Of a DNA stretch of 64,000 nt, positions 63,593-64,000 are shown in pieces; the stretch's first letter is position 1, and each line of letters starts with the position of its first letter. Under the pieces are notes generated by a model. The model did no database searches and was not told the origin of the DNA. It saw only the letters and a list, made by a program, of their open reading frames with translations. The stretch covers positions 117,492,001 through 117,556,000 of the forward strand of contig NC_086108.1 in the NCBI RefSeq assembly GCF_963921235.1, written 5' to 3'. A program made the position numbers and the translations under genes. This DNA is from Mobula hypostoma (lineage: Eukaryota).

Positions 63593-64000
63593 TGATGAGA
63601 TGTTGTTCTGTCTGTGTGCGTGTGTGTGTGGTGACGAGATGTTGTTCAGTCTGTGTGTGTGTGTGTGTGACGATGAGATGTTGTTTGTGTGTGTATGGCA
63701 ATGAGATGTTGTTCTGTCTGTGTGTGTGTATGGCAATGAAATGTTCTTCTGTCTGTGAGTGTGTGTGGCGATGAGATGTTGTTCTGTCTGTGTGTATGTG
63801 TGTGTGTGTGTGTGTGTGGTGATGAGATGTTGTTCTGTCTGTGTGCGTGTGTGTGTGGTGACGAGATGTTGTTCAGTCTGTGTGTGTGTGTGTGTGTGAC
63901 GATGAGATGTTGTTTGTGTGTGTATGGCAATGAGATGTTGTTCTGTCTGTGTGTGTGTATGGCAATGAGATGTTCTGTCTGTGCGTGTGTGTGTGGTGAC
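63481..64000. repeat. TG-rich satellite with ~239-bp higher-order period
   Basis: The variant unit ggcaatgaaatgttcttctgtctgtgagtg recurs at 63493 and 63732, followed by the same order of unit variants. Confidence 0.9.

Noticed and set aside
55615..64000. SLC25A24 exons 9-10 (and exon 1 within 1-8692)
   Set aside because: No CGQLASYPL-type or EF-hand-1 sequence was found; these regions are almost entirely repeats, so the exons are presumably outside the window.

Overview
This is vertebrate genomic DNA. The repeat content (dense CR1 LINEs plus V-SINE, Rex1/Babar, Tx1 and Penelope-like elements) suggests a cartilaginous fish, probably a ray; that is inference. The window lies inside one + strand gene encoding a Ca2+-binding mitochondrial ATP-Mg/Pi carrier (SCaMC family, best match SLC25A24). 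Seven internal exons were read by hand (8693-8819, 10136-10223, 25206-25317, 41337-41495, 43247-43399, 54208-54315, 55447-55614). All are AG/GT-bounded and join into a stop-free 305-codon frame with three EF-hand loops and the first two carrier repeats. The first and last exons lie outside the window. About 98% of the window is intron, packed with nested transposable elements: many CR1 copies (one with a nearly intact ORF2), an L1 5' half, two Tx1-type L1 ends in a TG-rich satellite, Rex1/Babar, a Hero-like RT, a Gypsy internal region with LTRs, hAT transposases and MITEs, Tigger, Tc1, tRNA-SINEs and Penelope-like elements. The three most interesting signals are: (1) Penelope-like 3' modules carrying a minimal hammerhead-ribozyme motif and inserted on their own with target-site duplications (TSDs); (2) a 111-bp minisatellite placing six in-frame, stop-free cryptic splice acceptors in front of the EF-hand-4 exon; (3) possible satellite-specific targeting by a Tx1 element. 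Almost all ORFs in the supplied track are TE remnants or their antisense shadows. TE family names come from recognised motifs, not a database search, and TE boundaries without a TSD are approximate.
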